A stretch of 62,749 nt of DNA, filler included, from Choristocarpus tenellus KU-1152 (lineage: Eukaryota; Protista; Phaeophyceae), in assembly GCA_964200185.2 (NCBI GenBank). It is 9 parts of 9 records of this genome, joined end to end, with 100 filler letters (N's around TTAATTAATTAA, not from the genome) between each part and the next. Parts side by side here need not be neighbours in the genome. Positions count along the whole stretch, not along the records: positions 30,703 to 46,355 come from CAXNAD020000955.1; positions 46,456 to 56,387 come from CAXNAD020003271.1; 7 more parts are not named here. One strand, given 5' to 3'. Both the position numbers and the translations under genes were made by a program. The notes beneath the pieces are model-generated. The model ran no database searches. It was not told the origin of the DNA and saw only the letters and a program-made list of their open reading frames with translations. Positions 39,601 through 52,100 of this stretch are shown here, one piece after another; the stretch's first letter is position 1, and every line of letters starts with the position of its first letter.

Positions 39601-42600
39601 GTCCTCCTTGGTAGCATTATGTATTGATGTACTGTTGCTATACATTGATTTCGAGGAGATCATGATTTTTGATGTTTTTGATTCTATTGATGATGTTGAG
39701 AACCTAAGCACATATTATGATTCCAAAATGCTTGTTCAGACCATGCAGCCTCATAGTAATTTTGTTTTTTATTTTATGCCTGTTGAGTTTGATTGATCTT
39801 GATTGACTCCTCTTGATACTGTCTTAGGTGGCATCGACCGCTCAAGGTAGTGTAGAGATCAAAATAGTCAATACTATTTTAATGGCCAATACTACTTTAA
39901 TAGTCAATACTATTTTAATAGTTAATACTCTTTTAATAGTCTACTTTTTTAATAGTTAATACTACTTTAATAGTCAATACTATTTTAATAGTCAATACTA
40001 CTTTAATAGTCAATACTATTTTAATAGTTAATACTATTTTAATAGTTAATACTACTTTAATAGTCAATACTACTTTAATGTCAATACTACTTTAATAGTC
40101 AATACTATTTTAATGGCCTATACTACTTTAATAGTCAATGCTACTTTAATAGTCAATACTCCTGTGTGTCCCCTTCCCCCCTCTTAAGGCAGAAGCCACA
40201 TCTACTGTGAAAGTACTAGAATCAAATAAAGTACTGGAGTAAAAAAAATTACTGGAATCAAACAAACAAGGAGAACAAACGCCCGGTGCAGCACTAGCAA
40301 ATATTTTACAGAGTGCCCAGTTTTGTTTTTGGTTGGGACTACTCCAGGGTTATTCTTTTTTGAACACTTGACTTGGTGTGTTACACTTTGTTACACTTGG
40401 TGTGTTGATGACATATCATCTCATGCATGCTAGTACTATAAACTATCAAATTGATTAAGATGGTGTGCTTTGGTTGAGAGGTTTGATTGGTTGAGTCAAA
40501 TTATCTTAGGGTTAGGGTAGAGCCGCGTTCATTTGGGGGTCAAAATCCAATGTTGTGGATTTGATGTAATTTTGGCTATTGTGTTTGTTAGGAAGTGTCA
40601 ATATCCATCACTCTAAGATTCTTTCACTCGTTGGTTGAGAGGATTTGATTGGTTGATTAATATGTTCTTGTAAATCCACCTCAATCCTCTTAGATTGGAT
40701 GGTATCACTCAGCGAATGGTAGTGTGGTGAGTAGTACTGGATTATTTCTTTACCTTAAGACAAATTATATTTCTCTCCTGAGCTCTAGAGCCGTGTACTG
40801 TATATCCTTGTGCTCTGTGGTGCTCCGGTCCAGTCAGGGGAAGGCATGATGTCGACTGCAGAGTGTGAAGTGGAGTGGTGGTTTGGCCATGGACTCAGTT
40901 ACACACAGTTTGTGTACAGTAACCTGGCTGTGAAACCGGCGGAGGTTTCGGAAGGCGACTCCTTTACGGTGAGTGGTATTGTAGCAGTTATCGACGGTTT
41001 CAGTTGTAACTGTAAGAATGGAAGAGAGTGATCTCTCTGTTGTTTCTGTATATTTTAAAGTAACATCAATAAATATAAATATATTTATGTGTATGTATGT
41101 ATATATGTATGTATATATATTTGATGATGGTGATGTACTTGCTTGATGGGCGAGGGCATGTGTAGAGGTGTCTGTGTTGAGGGACACTGAGGGGTGCTCT
41201 GGTGGTTGGAGTGGTTTGGGTTTTAAGAGCTGTCTCTGTTTATGGGTTAGGGTTAGGGTTAGGGTTGAAGGTGATGGGGAGACGTGTAACCTGTAAGGTC
41301 TGGTGGAGAGAGTATACAGAGGAAAGGATTAGGGTGTGAATATCTGGAGTGAATTTCAAATTTCACCCTTATTTTTGTTCTTATTATTAATATAAGTAGA
41401 AGTAGTGGTGGAAGGGATTTGTAGTGAGTTTCTGGCGATGTTTGACATTTTATTGCACAAATTGTCAAAAGGTGAACGAGAGAGGGTATTTTGGTTAGGT
41501 GTTAGGGTTAGGTTTAGGGTCAGATATGTTTGAGGTGTACATTGCCTCTTTGATTTTTTTTTAAATATGGTGTAACTATTATAATAACTATGAACTATGA
41601 CTAATTCTGTAATGATGAGAATGGTAGTAGAGGTCATCATGTTGTGTAGTGTGTTGTAACTGGAGGATTAGGGTAAGGGTGAGGGATAGGGCCATAGAGC
41701 TAGATGAAGGTTACACCTAGTTATGTTGATATCAATAGGTTAGAGGTGAACCTGAGAATAGAGGTGGTTGAGGGTTAGGGTTAGGGTTAGCGTGATGTTA
41801 CTGAAAGAGTTGGTCTCAATACTATGTGTGTGGACTTTGATTACCATGTAAATATCTAAAAATAGTAATGATTATAATGATGATACATAATGCAAGATTT
41901 GAAGAGGTTCTTGATTGTACTTGTGATGTAATAGGGTTAGGGTTAGGGTTATGGATAGAGACTCAGTTTCCCACAATTTCACAGTAGTGTCTTGGACACC
42001 CTTGATTCTGAACTTATTGCTTGGTACTGGGGTTCTACTGATGCGATATTGTGTTACTATTGTTCTACTGAAGGTGACACTGCTGGTGGAGAATGCAGGT
42101 TCAGTGGAGGGCAAAGAGTCTGTTCTACTGTTTTGTAGTGACTTGGTCAGGCGAGTGGCACCTCACCAAAAACTTCTCAAGGGTTTCAAAAAGATCACTA
42201 CGCAGCCAGGAGAAAAGATTCGGGTGAGAAAAAATATATATATTTAAAGATGAATGTACATGCAATTATTGATAGTAATGTAGATGGGCCACTTCCTCGT
42301 ACTGTACCTCCCTGATACAATTGACAAGTAAAGGTATATATATATATATGGTTTTTGATGAAAAGTGACAAACTTTTTTGCACCTCTTTGTGTTGATCAT
42401 TTTTGACTGATTGGTTGTTAGAAGTATGTATACATACTTATGTTTTTTTTTTTGTGAATAAAAAGATATGTTGGTTTAGTTTGATGGAAATAGAAACCAT
42501 GAAGTGGAAGGGTTTAGTTTGATTTGATTGGTTGATTCATTTCTTTGTGAGGGGATGTGTTGATATTTTGGGAGTCCCTAATAGTACAGTATATAGTATA

Positions 42601-45600
42601 TTTGTATATAATGGTTTGAATTGATGAGAGTAGTACTACATCTATCTTTAAAAGGTGTTTCTCAGATGATACTATTTGTATCAAATACTCACCAAGGTCT
42701 CTTGCTTCACAATATCGTTATCATTATCATTATCACTATTGTGGAGTTAGCTTAATTAGTAAATTGTTTGTTTTCTTTGATATGGTGTATATTTAATCTT
42801 TTACAGGGTTAGTATTGTATTGTATAGCATTGTATAGTATAGTATAATTTGTATTAATAACAAAATGGTTGTATTGGGTTTGATACGTTTGTGAAAATAA
42901 TGACAATGTTGTATACTTTGAATTGACCTACTGAATAGAATACATTTTTTTGCAGGGATGGCCCAATCATGTGTCGGTTAGGGTTAGCGTTAGGGATGTA
43001 CCTACAACACTGTTGGTATATGTTTTGTATAGCAGTTGGCTGTGGTGGAGAAATTTTAAGTAGACCAATCAGATCAATGAACATGAGGCAAGATTTCAAA
43101 AGTTTTGGGATGGTTCATGCATACCTCCTGTATGAGCCATCTTGGTACGGCTCCAAAGTAGGTATGAGTTTTTAATAACTATTTTGGTGGTGGTTAATTG
43201 GATGAATAGTTAATGTTGGTGATTTGTTGTTCAATTGATAGGTGCATGGCGGAGGTGTGGAGAAACATATCAGTTACATTTGAATCACCCTTGTTCTGAA
43301 AAAAAATGTTCTTTGAATCGAACACATGCGTAGATATGAGTCATTTGAATTGTATTAATAAATAGAAATCGATCCTTTGAATTGAATACATATGTAGGTA
43401 CTAGGAGCATTTTTTCCCCCACATAACTTTTTAGTGCAATTTCTTCTTAGTGGAGTGGCAAGTGGCATAACCTTTTAATGCAATTTGCACAATGATATAT
43501 ATTTTTTTGTCCTTTTCTTCTCCTGTTTTGATTATATTATCATATTATGACATTATCATATTATTATGTTATGTATGGGCTAGTTCCTGAATCAGTACCC
43601 AAATCCTTGGAACACTTGCCTAATTGTAGCCCTAACCCTAACCCTAACCCCAATCCCAACCCCAACCCGTTTTTATAATATTTTTTTACAGGTGACGTTT
43701 GAGCTGTCAACCAAGGAATTGGAGTACATTGGTGTTGATAAACGGCCTGTTTTAGAGGAGGGAGTGTTCTTGTTTGGTGTAGGACCTGAGGTAGACTGCA
43801 GAACCGATCCCAACTTGTGTGTGCCATTGACACTAAAGCTCAGTGATGAGTACCATCCTATCTGTGAGGTGGGTCCTGATGAATGGGAGGGGATGGTTCG
43901 AAGCTGCTCTTTCTGGCTTAGTTGGTGGCGTGGGTGGTTTTGTTTGGGGTCAGGGATTTGTGTTGGGTTTGTTGGGGTTTGGGCAGTGGCTTGTGTTTCA
44001 TTATTTTTCTTGATGTGTTTGATTTTGACTTTGATTCTTTCTAATAAGAACAAAATTGTTTTGATGATTAGTGTCTATAGTATATAGTAGTATTGGAGAA
44101 TAAAAAGTAATAATCCAAACGGATCATCCTTGCTGTGATAAATTATATTGAAGTAGAGCTGTTTCGGGGTGTAGGTTGAGCCAAAGTATCTTAGAGAGTA
44201 GAGCAGCCTCCATTTGGGGACCTAAATCCAATGTTGCAATTTTGATGTAATTTTGGCTATTGTGCTTGTTAGGAAGTGTCAATACCCTTGTTCTAGACAC
44301 ACCTTTTCATAACGTATACATTTTACCTACTAAAAAAAAATGGAAGTAGATAAATGTCATAAAAGACCCATGGGAAACCAAGCCCCAAACAGACAAACAG
44401 GGCAAAACTGGTCCCCTAACCCTAAGATACTTTCACTCAGATATAAGGGTTAGGGTGATGGTGATGATGTGTGTTGTGACACTGTGCTATTAATTTTTGG
44501 GTCTTGCTTGTTGCTAGTAATGGATTGTTCTTGGTTCTTGGTTCAATTTGAATGTAGTAGATTAGCATGTAGTAGATCAATAAGGAGTTTTTGCGTTTTT
44601 CCTGTGCTACTGTCAGTGCAGTGGGGGTTTTTTGTTGTGTGTATAAATTTTGATCAAGTGGGGTTCTGTATTGAGTGTTTCATTGGATCTCGACTCACTT
44701 TTTTTTGTTGCCAATGCAACTATACAGATAGAATTGATAATGGCAGAATTGATACCAATAGAATTGATACTGATAGAACATGATCAAAACAAAACACTTC
44801 TAACCCGTCGCCTCAATCCTAACCCTTCTTCCTTTGTAGGGAGTCTTTCCCAGCCGTCATATTGTCCTGAAGTGCCCCCCCTCCCTATTTGATCTTCTGT
44901 TTATAATGTTTTCCTATCTCTATTAATGTATTAATCACATTCTATTATCACTACAGCCTATCAGTTTAGGAGAAACTTCATTGATACTATATATATAGTA
45001 TATCTCCCTTCCCCTGTTGCTTATTGTCCTATACATGGTGTCTCTCCTCTCTTTCAGGCTGCCTGTGAACTATGGTTCCCTTCAGACACACCAGCACCTG
45101 GGGGTTACATTTGTCCCCTTGAGCATGCTGATACCTTCCCAAACAAGAAGGCTTGTCTTGCTGAGTGTGCAGAGGCAGGGAATGTAGATATACTATCTCA
45201 GTGGGGTTGGGACTATGTTTCATGCCTGGAGCAGGTACGGTCATTCCAACTAGTCATCATTCCAACTTTTTTTTCTGAAGATCCTGTTTTTTCTTACTCT
45301 TTTTTTTGTGATTTTTTGAATTATCGCGTTTGGTTCTGCAACTAGACTTGGAGACATTGGCTTAGCTTGTATTATCATTGTTATTATTATTGTTATGAAT
45401 ATTTTCTGTCAAGATAATAATGTACATTGTGCTCTGTGCAGTATTAATAATATACATTGTACATGTGGGGTATTGTATGTTTGGTAGTACTGTATTACGA
45501 GGTACATTATATTATTATTATTAACATTAACATTTTCAAGATAATGATATACTACTTCATTGGTTGGGACTATCACCATGACATTTCAATTTGTTTTTTT

Positions 45601-46355
45601 TTAAATTTAGTAGGTAGTAAAACTATTTCATATGGGTTGGGCTTAGGAAGGCTTTGGCTGTTGCAAACGAAACCCTGACAGTTACTTTTTTTTAATATTT
45701 CTATTTCGTTATTATTTGTAGTGTTGCCATTACTATTATTATTACTGTTAGTACTAGTATTAGAAGTAAGGCTTATATGTAGTTATGAGACCATAGTGGA
45801 CCTATTGATGCCTTGCATGTAACAATATATATATACATATGTATACTACCCCAGAAACATACAAACACAGCAGGAGCTTATTCAAGATCATAATGCACCT
45901 ACCCTTGACTCTAGTTTTTACAAGCCAAGCCTCCTGCAAATGAAGCCTCATCAATTCTGGGATCAAATCTTTTTCTCCTCATGTTTGTTTCACCAGAGTG
46001 TATGGACTGGACGGTGTGGATTTAATACCCACTGCAGAAGTGTGGGTGCTGCAGCCATTGACAGTGACTCTAAGAGGGGGGGTACAGGGGGTACAGGGGG
46101 TACAAGTGTTGGTATACTTAGCAGGAACAAAGACCGTGTTGGGAGCATAGATTTGGCACTGGGTGTGGCAGTGGGCCTGGTAGTTGGGGGCGCAGCCATG
46201 TTGGTAGTAATAATGTTTTTCCGACGAAGATGGTTGGATGGCCTGGCGGAGGCTAGGCACCTAGGTTTGGCAGGTGGACGATGGGGGGGTGTTGGAGCAG
46301 ATGGAAGGAAGAGAGGGACAAGGGGCAACTGGAGAAGGAGGTCAAGGGTTGGGGG
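31715..46355 (+). CDS. Glycoside hydrolase family 3 beta-glucosidase/xylosidase with Fn3-like domain, Cys-rich region and C-terminal TM helix; partial at both ends
   Basis: 12 phase-consistent exons: 31715-31773, 32372-32486, 32974-33164, 34466-34550, 35955-36125, 37606-37806, 39181-39348, 40834-40968, 42074-42223, 43692-43868, 45058-45234 and 45997-contig end. GH3 motifs: SEERIDLSVRRVLSLK, AVTLLKN, VLVVGP..GGWT, VVVCIGE..YAEKPGD, LVLVQGRP, AYLPGPWGGEAIAEIIFGKVNPSGRLP, FGHGLSYTQF, GKESVLLF..LKGFKK. Confidence 0.95.
32720..32880. repeat. (TCCA/TCTA)n intronic microsatellite
   Basis: Direct reading. Confidence 0.85.
34633..34850. repeat. Intronic TGTAT/CATTG-based minisatellite
   Basis: Repeated GTATCATTGTATTATTGTAACATTGTATGGTTGTATTATTG units. 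Confidence 0.85.
35202..35383. repeat. ~58-bp tandem repeat x3 containing GGGTTAGGG
   Basis: GTACTATTAG.AGTATTAATAGTATAACATGATAGTGGGGATAGA.AGGGTTAGGGTAT units. Confidence 0.9.
36880..37005. repeat. ~25-bp minisatellite (TATATTTATGGTAAGATTAACATAT)
   Basis: About 5 units. Confidence 0.85.
39863..40160. repeat. ~19-bp minisatellite (AATAGTCAATACTACTTT)
   Basis: About 15 units. Confidence 0.92.
40493..40629. mobile_element. MITE family L, internally deleted, intronic
   Basis: Both TIRs present; GTT/GTT flanks; carries a GGTT insertion in the left TIR. Confidence 0.85.
44178..44438. mobile_element. MITE family L, full-length, intronic
   Basis: Inverted match to 16653-16910; carries an AACC insertion in the right TIR. 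Confidence 0.88.
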
Positions 46356-49174
46356 NNNNNNNNNNNNNNNNNNNNNNNNNNNNNNNNNNNNNNNNNNNNT
46401 TAATTAATTAANNNNNNNNNNNNNNNNNNNNNNNNNNNNNNNNNNNNNNNNNNNNCCAGTCAATTTTGGGTCAAGCTCATCTTCAATGAAAAGCTCCATC
46501 CTCAATTCTTGAAATTGGCTGTTATTTACAAAACTGACTCCAAATGCTAAACGGCAAAACCTGGGTACCTCTCGTTTATTCTCTCAGTTATATCGTCCTT
46601 GTAGCGCTTCCTAAGCGTTTACCTGGGCTATGTAAATAGAAACGCACGGATCACCCACTATCATACAGGGAAAAACTAGTAGAACGAGTGAAAACTGTGT
46701 GCCAGAGCATCGAGGCGATTATACGCAAGCAGAGGCTTGTGTCACACTTGGACGATGCTTGTAGGTTTTGCGGTTTTCATGTCACACTTGGACGATGCTT
46801 ACTTGCCCGCATCTTTACGCTTGTTTCGGATACTTGCAGGTGCTGGAGAAAAATTATATCCCTACAGGATGACCTTGAATGTTGTGGGATTCCAGCTAAA
46901 ACGTGGGGTTTACTCCTAGAATATCTAAACCGATGGCACAGGTACACACTTCGTCGCTCAAAAGCAATAACAGTAATTAAACCCACAGACACACAGCCAA
47001 CGAATGTTTGCGTAGGTTTGGATTGCGGTCTGGCCTACGATGCCCACCTTCCTGCATGTACTTACTGGTGGTCGAATCTATGCATTGCCGAGGTATTACC
47101 ATTTATGTTCCTTGACGTTGAGAGGGAGAGTTGACAGCTGGGCTTTTTTTTTTTTAACTTTATTTTATCATGTTGATTAATTTTCTTGTGTGTTGTTCCA
47201 TTCTGTACCTTTTTGTCAGTTATGTTCATTATTGGTCCTCACCTTATGTCTTGCCTTTCTGATCGCTTATCTAAGAATGTCTTATATTGCCGTTTTTTAC
47301 ATCGTTTGAACATCATTACAACGAACTAAAGTGTGATAATCAATTACACACTGTACTATCCCATCCCAAAAATCGCGGGATACCTGAAACAAGGTAGAAA
47401 TGCTTCATTTGCTAAGCAAAGCTGAGGAAATGGGATCCAAGAGAAAAATATTCAAGGGAGGAGGTCAAGCAATGAGAAGAGCGATAGCTGAACCCAATGT
47501 ACTAGAAGCAAGGCATGAACAAGAAGTGCACTTTGTAGTGCCTCTGATCAAGGGACAGCATAGTCTCCAGGCTGAAGTGATGAACAATATGTATATGGCG
47601 TTATCAATAGTACTAGTAACACTCTTAAAAACTTGAGTAGAGTATTTTGGTATAGTATGATAATAGTTTCAACTATCCTCAGCTTTGCTTCTAGTGATAG
47701 CTACTACTTCATCTGCAATTTTTCAGCGAGTGCTGCTCTCTATGGTGGGATCTATCCTTGCTATCCAGCAACAGGTGTTTTTCACTTGTTCAAAGATCAA
47801 TTTACTACATGATAAGCCATTCCTCCAATTTTCTTCTATTTTAATCCAGAGTCAGCGGGTGTGGTACCTAAAAGCACATATTTTCAAGTACAATACAAGT
47901 GTATCACATTGCAAGTTTACAATACCCAAACCCACATGTGTCTATCCACTGTGTCCCTGGATTTCTCATCTACATTCATGCAAAAATTGAAATAGTCTGT
48001 TGCTAGGAGCACACAAAGTGGTACATTCAACAAATGGTATCATCAAAACACACATGAGATTGTCCTTGGCAGTCAACTGTCTCACAGTACAGCCCTCGCT
48101 AGGTGTGACTGCTGTTATGCAGCTGGCAATGTGGGGTATTTGGAGAGTCGATACAGGAAACCTAGGTTGTTTGCGTCCCACCAACGGTCCAACACTCCAG
48201 TCTCCATCTTCTCTGTTTGATCCTTTCTTTGTATTTCCCGTGGAAAGGTGCCACCTAACAACAGCTTGCCTTTGTTGGAAGGAAACTGCTTGAATTTCCA
48301 TACTTGAGAGAAGTAACGACATTATCCAAAAGACAACACAATACGAAGCCGCACATATTAATAACCACTACAAGAGTTTGCTACCACAACCTATTCTTTT
48401 TCTGCACAATGGTCAGCAGGAGGACAATACATTTGCTTTGAACACAAAAAACAGTTTTTTGCTACGCTTTTTTTTTGTTCTATACATTGGTCAGCAAGAG
48501 ACAATTTGCTTTTACAGGGAAAAGGGGTTCCAGGAAGATAAGACCCTTGTTCTATCTCCAACCATACTCTGAGAATCTAAACTTGTCATCAAGGCTGACA
48601 TTTCCATCAAGTATGCACAGGACTCCGAGTGTGTGTCCCAACCTGTATCCTGTGGTGCTCTATTCTCAACAAAATAAATATTCTATGCCAGTCAGCACCT
48701 TCGGCAAGTAGCACAACAGTATGAAGAAAGCTGTCGTAAGGGAAAGTAAAAATTTCCACAATATCTCCCACAACACAATATCAGCTCTCCATCACCTATC
48801 CGTTCTGTAAGGAATTCTAAACAAGCTCGTACATTGCTCTTCCTCAACGTACACACACAAAAGTTCGGACATAGATGCACGAAGAACACGCACAGTACTC
48901 CCACAAATAGACCAAATACGCTGCTTAAAACAAGTACATGAAGGACACCTATCCAAGGTTGCGGAAATCTCTGTCCTTTGCCATGGACACAGCTTTCAAA
49001 AATAGTACAGATGAGAAGGCATACCATGTGTATATATGGTGAGTCTCTCCCGTTCTTCTCTTTACATAGCAAATTCTTGAGGTGTGATGGCAAAGTCAAA
49101 GACAGTTATACAACACAGATCGAGGGTAAAAGTCTTATCTCACATGTCTTTGCCCACACAAAACAAAGCAAATA

Positions 49175-52100
49175 TCACCACTCTGGGCCAGAGTCAGGTT
49201 GCTCCCATAGTATTGTCCCTGCTTTTCGTTTTCCTCCTGTGACAATCTCCATCCCGCCCCCACCATAGCCAACCCCGCCCCATCTCCCTCCAACATTCCC
49301 TCCCCCCCCAATCCCTGATGTATCTCGAAGCACTGCTGCTGCTACAGGAGGAACTGCGTAGTTGTTCTCTGGGGGGCAAAATGATGCTTGGGGAGGGATG
49401 ATCCCAGCCCTCTCCTTTAGTTCATCATACACATGACGGAGGGCAGAGCTTGGGGGTACAGGCACCAACCCAGCAGAGTCTGCAGCAGCAGCAGCCTCCT
49501 CCAGTGCACAACGGCTGTCACCAGCACTTTGCAATGTCTCCCACCGGCGCAATGGCCAGCGGAATTTCAGCATCTTTCAGGGCAGGTAAGGAGTCGGGGA
49601 CAAGAGGGGAATGAACACTAAGTGAGTGGAAGGTGCATGCAACTTCTCAATAAATAGTTTACTTTTCGCATTTTCATCTCTGCTGTGGCAGTATGCGTTT
49701 AATTACAAGCACAACAAATAGGCTGAGCATGCAATGGTGTGTCTTGACCTGTCTCATCTTTCTGGTGGGAGCAGCGCAGAGGGAGCACATAGCAAGTGGA
49801 GAAAGCTTGATGGCTCCCAGCAAATGAAAATTCACCAGTCCAATAGGTGGCAAGAGTTTTGTAGAATATAGCAGTCATTACTAGTAGTGTGAGGCACTGA
49901 CCTCTGGGGGAATGAGCTTGGCAAAAAAATCCATATATCCAGGGGCTGGTCGCATCTCAACATGAACACAATGCGGATTATTGGGGATGCTTTCTGCTTC
50001 CAACTCCCAGAGTACCTGCCAATCAAGGTGGGACCTGTGAGATACCCTTGCTCAAAACAAGAACAGTAATCAAGTGTTCACTTTGGGAGTGATAACAGGT
50101 AACACATAGCAGGGAGGAGAGTGTCTGCACTGCACTATGACGAAAGAAAACATTCTGTCAAATAATAGCACATTAGAACATTGTAGTAGCATCCTATTAG
50201 TTTAAGTGGGCTCAGCACTGTAAGCAGTATGTGAAGTGATAACAGAAGCAGGGTGTCCAACTACTCAAAAAATGATGTGGGGAACAGATTTGATTGCCCA
50301 ACAAGTGAAAAATATTCTGTAATCTCAGTCCCTTGTGTCAAATGGAGAACACCTGATGAAAAAGATCTGATTCAAAAATGAACATTGTCCCCACAACTAG
50401 GAGAATGGTTCTTTGTCAGGCCTACAAAATGCTTAAAGAGAAATGATGCCAAACCTCCCCTCTCAACCCATCCACATTCTCCATCCTCACCTTAACTGGC
50501 ACTCTTTGACGCTTGGTATCTGTAGTGCCTGGGAAATTCCGTGGAAGGGTCACAAACCAACCAGGTTGTGTCACCAACACCGTTCCCATACTCCTTTCCC
50601 GTCCACCTCCATCTACCGGCATTCCCTGTGGCATCTGTCTGTTCTCAGAGCTAGAGTACTGACCCTCCCACCTGTTTCCAACTGCCATGGTGGGAGGGTG
50701 CCCATACCCTGGGTTCATCATTGGTGGGCCATGTGCCGGAAAACTGGTGGTGAAAGGGATATTCTGAGCTACAATTGGCACCATTGGATCCCCTCCTTTA
50801 CCACTGTTGCCACCTTCAAGGTTATCAACATAGCTAAAGCTTCCGCTGGTATTGCCAGTGCCACCTGGACCACCACCAGAAAATCTTTGACTGTCATTGC
50901 TGGTACCACCCACTCCAATGATGCCACTGTGATGAGGGGCTTTGCCCATGCCACCATTATTCATGACCCCACTGCCTATGCCTCTGCCGCCAGTCATGTT
51001 ACTAACACTTACAGTACTAAGTCCTGGGTCCTCACTAAGTGAACGGACTGAAGTGATGGATGCAACATCAGGCTGTGAAGGAGTCATCAATGCATGGGCC
51101 CTCTGTGGCATGTTGGGACCCAGTGGAGTAACAGGGACTGGGGTAGACCTTCCAGGGCGAGCGTGGTCCCTTGTCTTTCGGGTGTGATGAGAGTGTTTTT
51201 TTGACTCAGCTGTACTTTCCACCTGTGTCTAGCACAGCACAATCAGGGGTAGCATAAAGAAAGAATGAGCATTAGTTTTGACTTCACAGTTATATTGTCA
51301 GAATTTGGTAGAAAAGTACAACAAAATTTTCTCAGTCACACGCGTGAAAATCGACAATAGGCAGGCTGAAGAGGTAGTAGTCTAAGGATTCCCCTACATA
51401 AAACTAACTGATACACAAATTCCAACCTGATTATTGTTTGACATACTTCACGAATAATCACAGATGCAAAAAACTTAGAACTGTAGCGCCATTCTTACAG
51501 ATCAGCAAGAGTTTGTAACCACCAATATAAACTGCACAACAATGACACAAAACGCAAGGAGACGGCACGATTATGTTACATACTTAAAGGACTTGGTACA
51601 TAGTTACAACATGCATGACTCAAATGGACTCACAGTTTCATATCACTTACCAGCATGTTCTTTGATGTTGCATAGGCGGCCCGCCGTACCCGGTTGCGGC
51701 ACATGCCCACCAGCTTCACCACCCGCTCATGGAAGACAACAAAACCATCCACTTCACCCCGGTCCAAGAGGCGGTGAGCATTAGATGCCACACCCATGAA
51801 GCGTGCAAAGGCAGCATCACCCCCTCCAAGGAAATGCATTGCACCATCCTGTCCCAAAGGAAAGAATGAAAATGAGACACAGTGAAACGGAAAGAGTTCA
51901 AGTTCCTACCCAACCACATTTAGAAGATACAGTACATTTTTAAGTTCTTAGTTCTTATCAGTTACTTTAAACAGTATGAAAGTAAACTTGCTTCATAAGT
52001 GCTGTCGACATATCTAAATAACAAATCCCCCATTTCCCCTAAAAATCTTTCAAGGGCGCTGTCAACAAGTATTGGAGAGAAGTATCCACATTGGTTTTTC

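Noticed and set aside
50443-51187. Plus-strand ORFs of 199 and 81 aa
   Set aside because: Antisense shadows of the large minus-strand exon 51222-50491.
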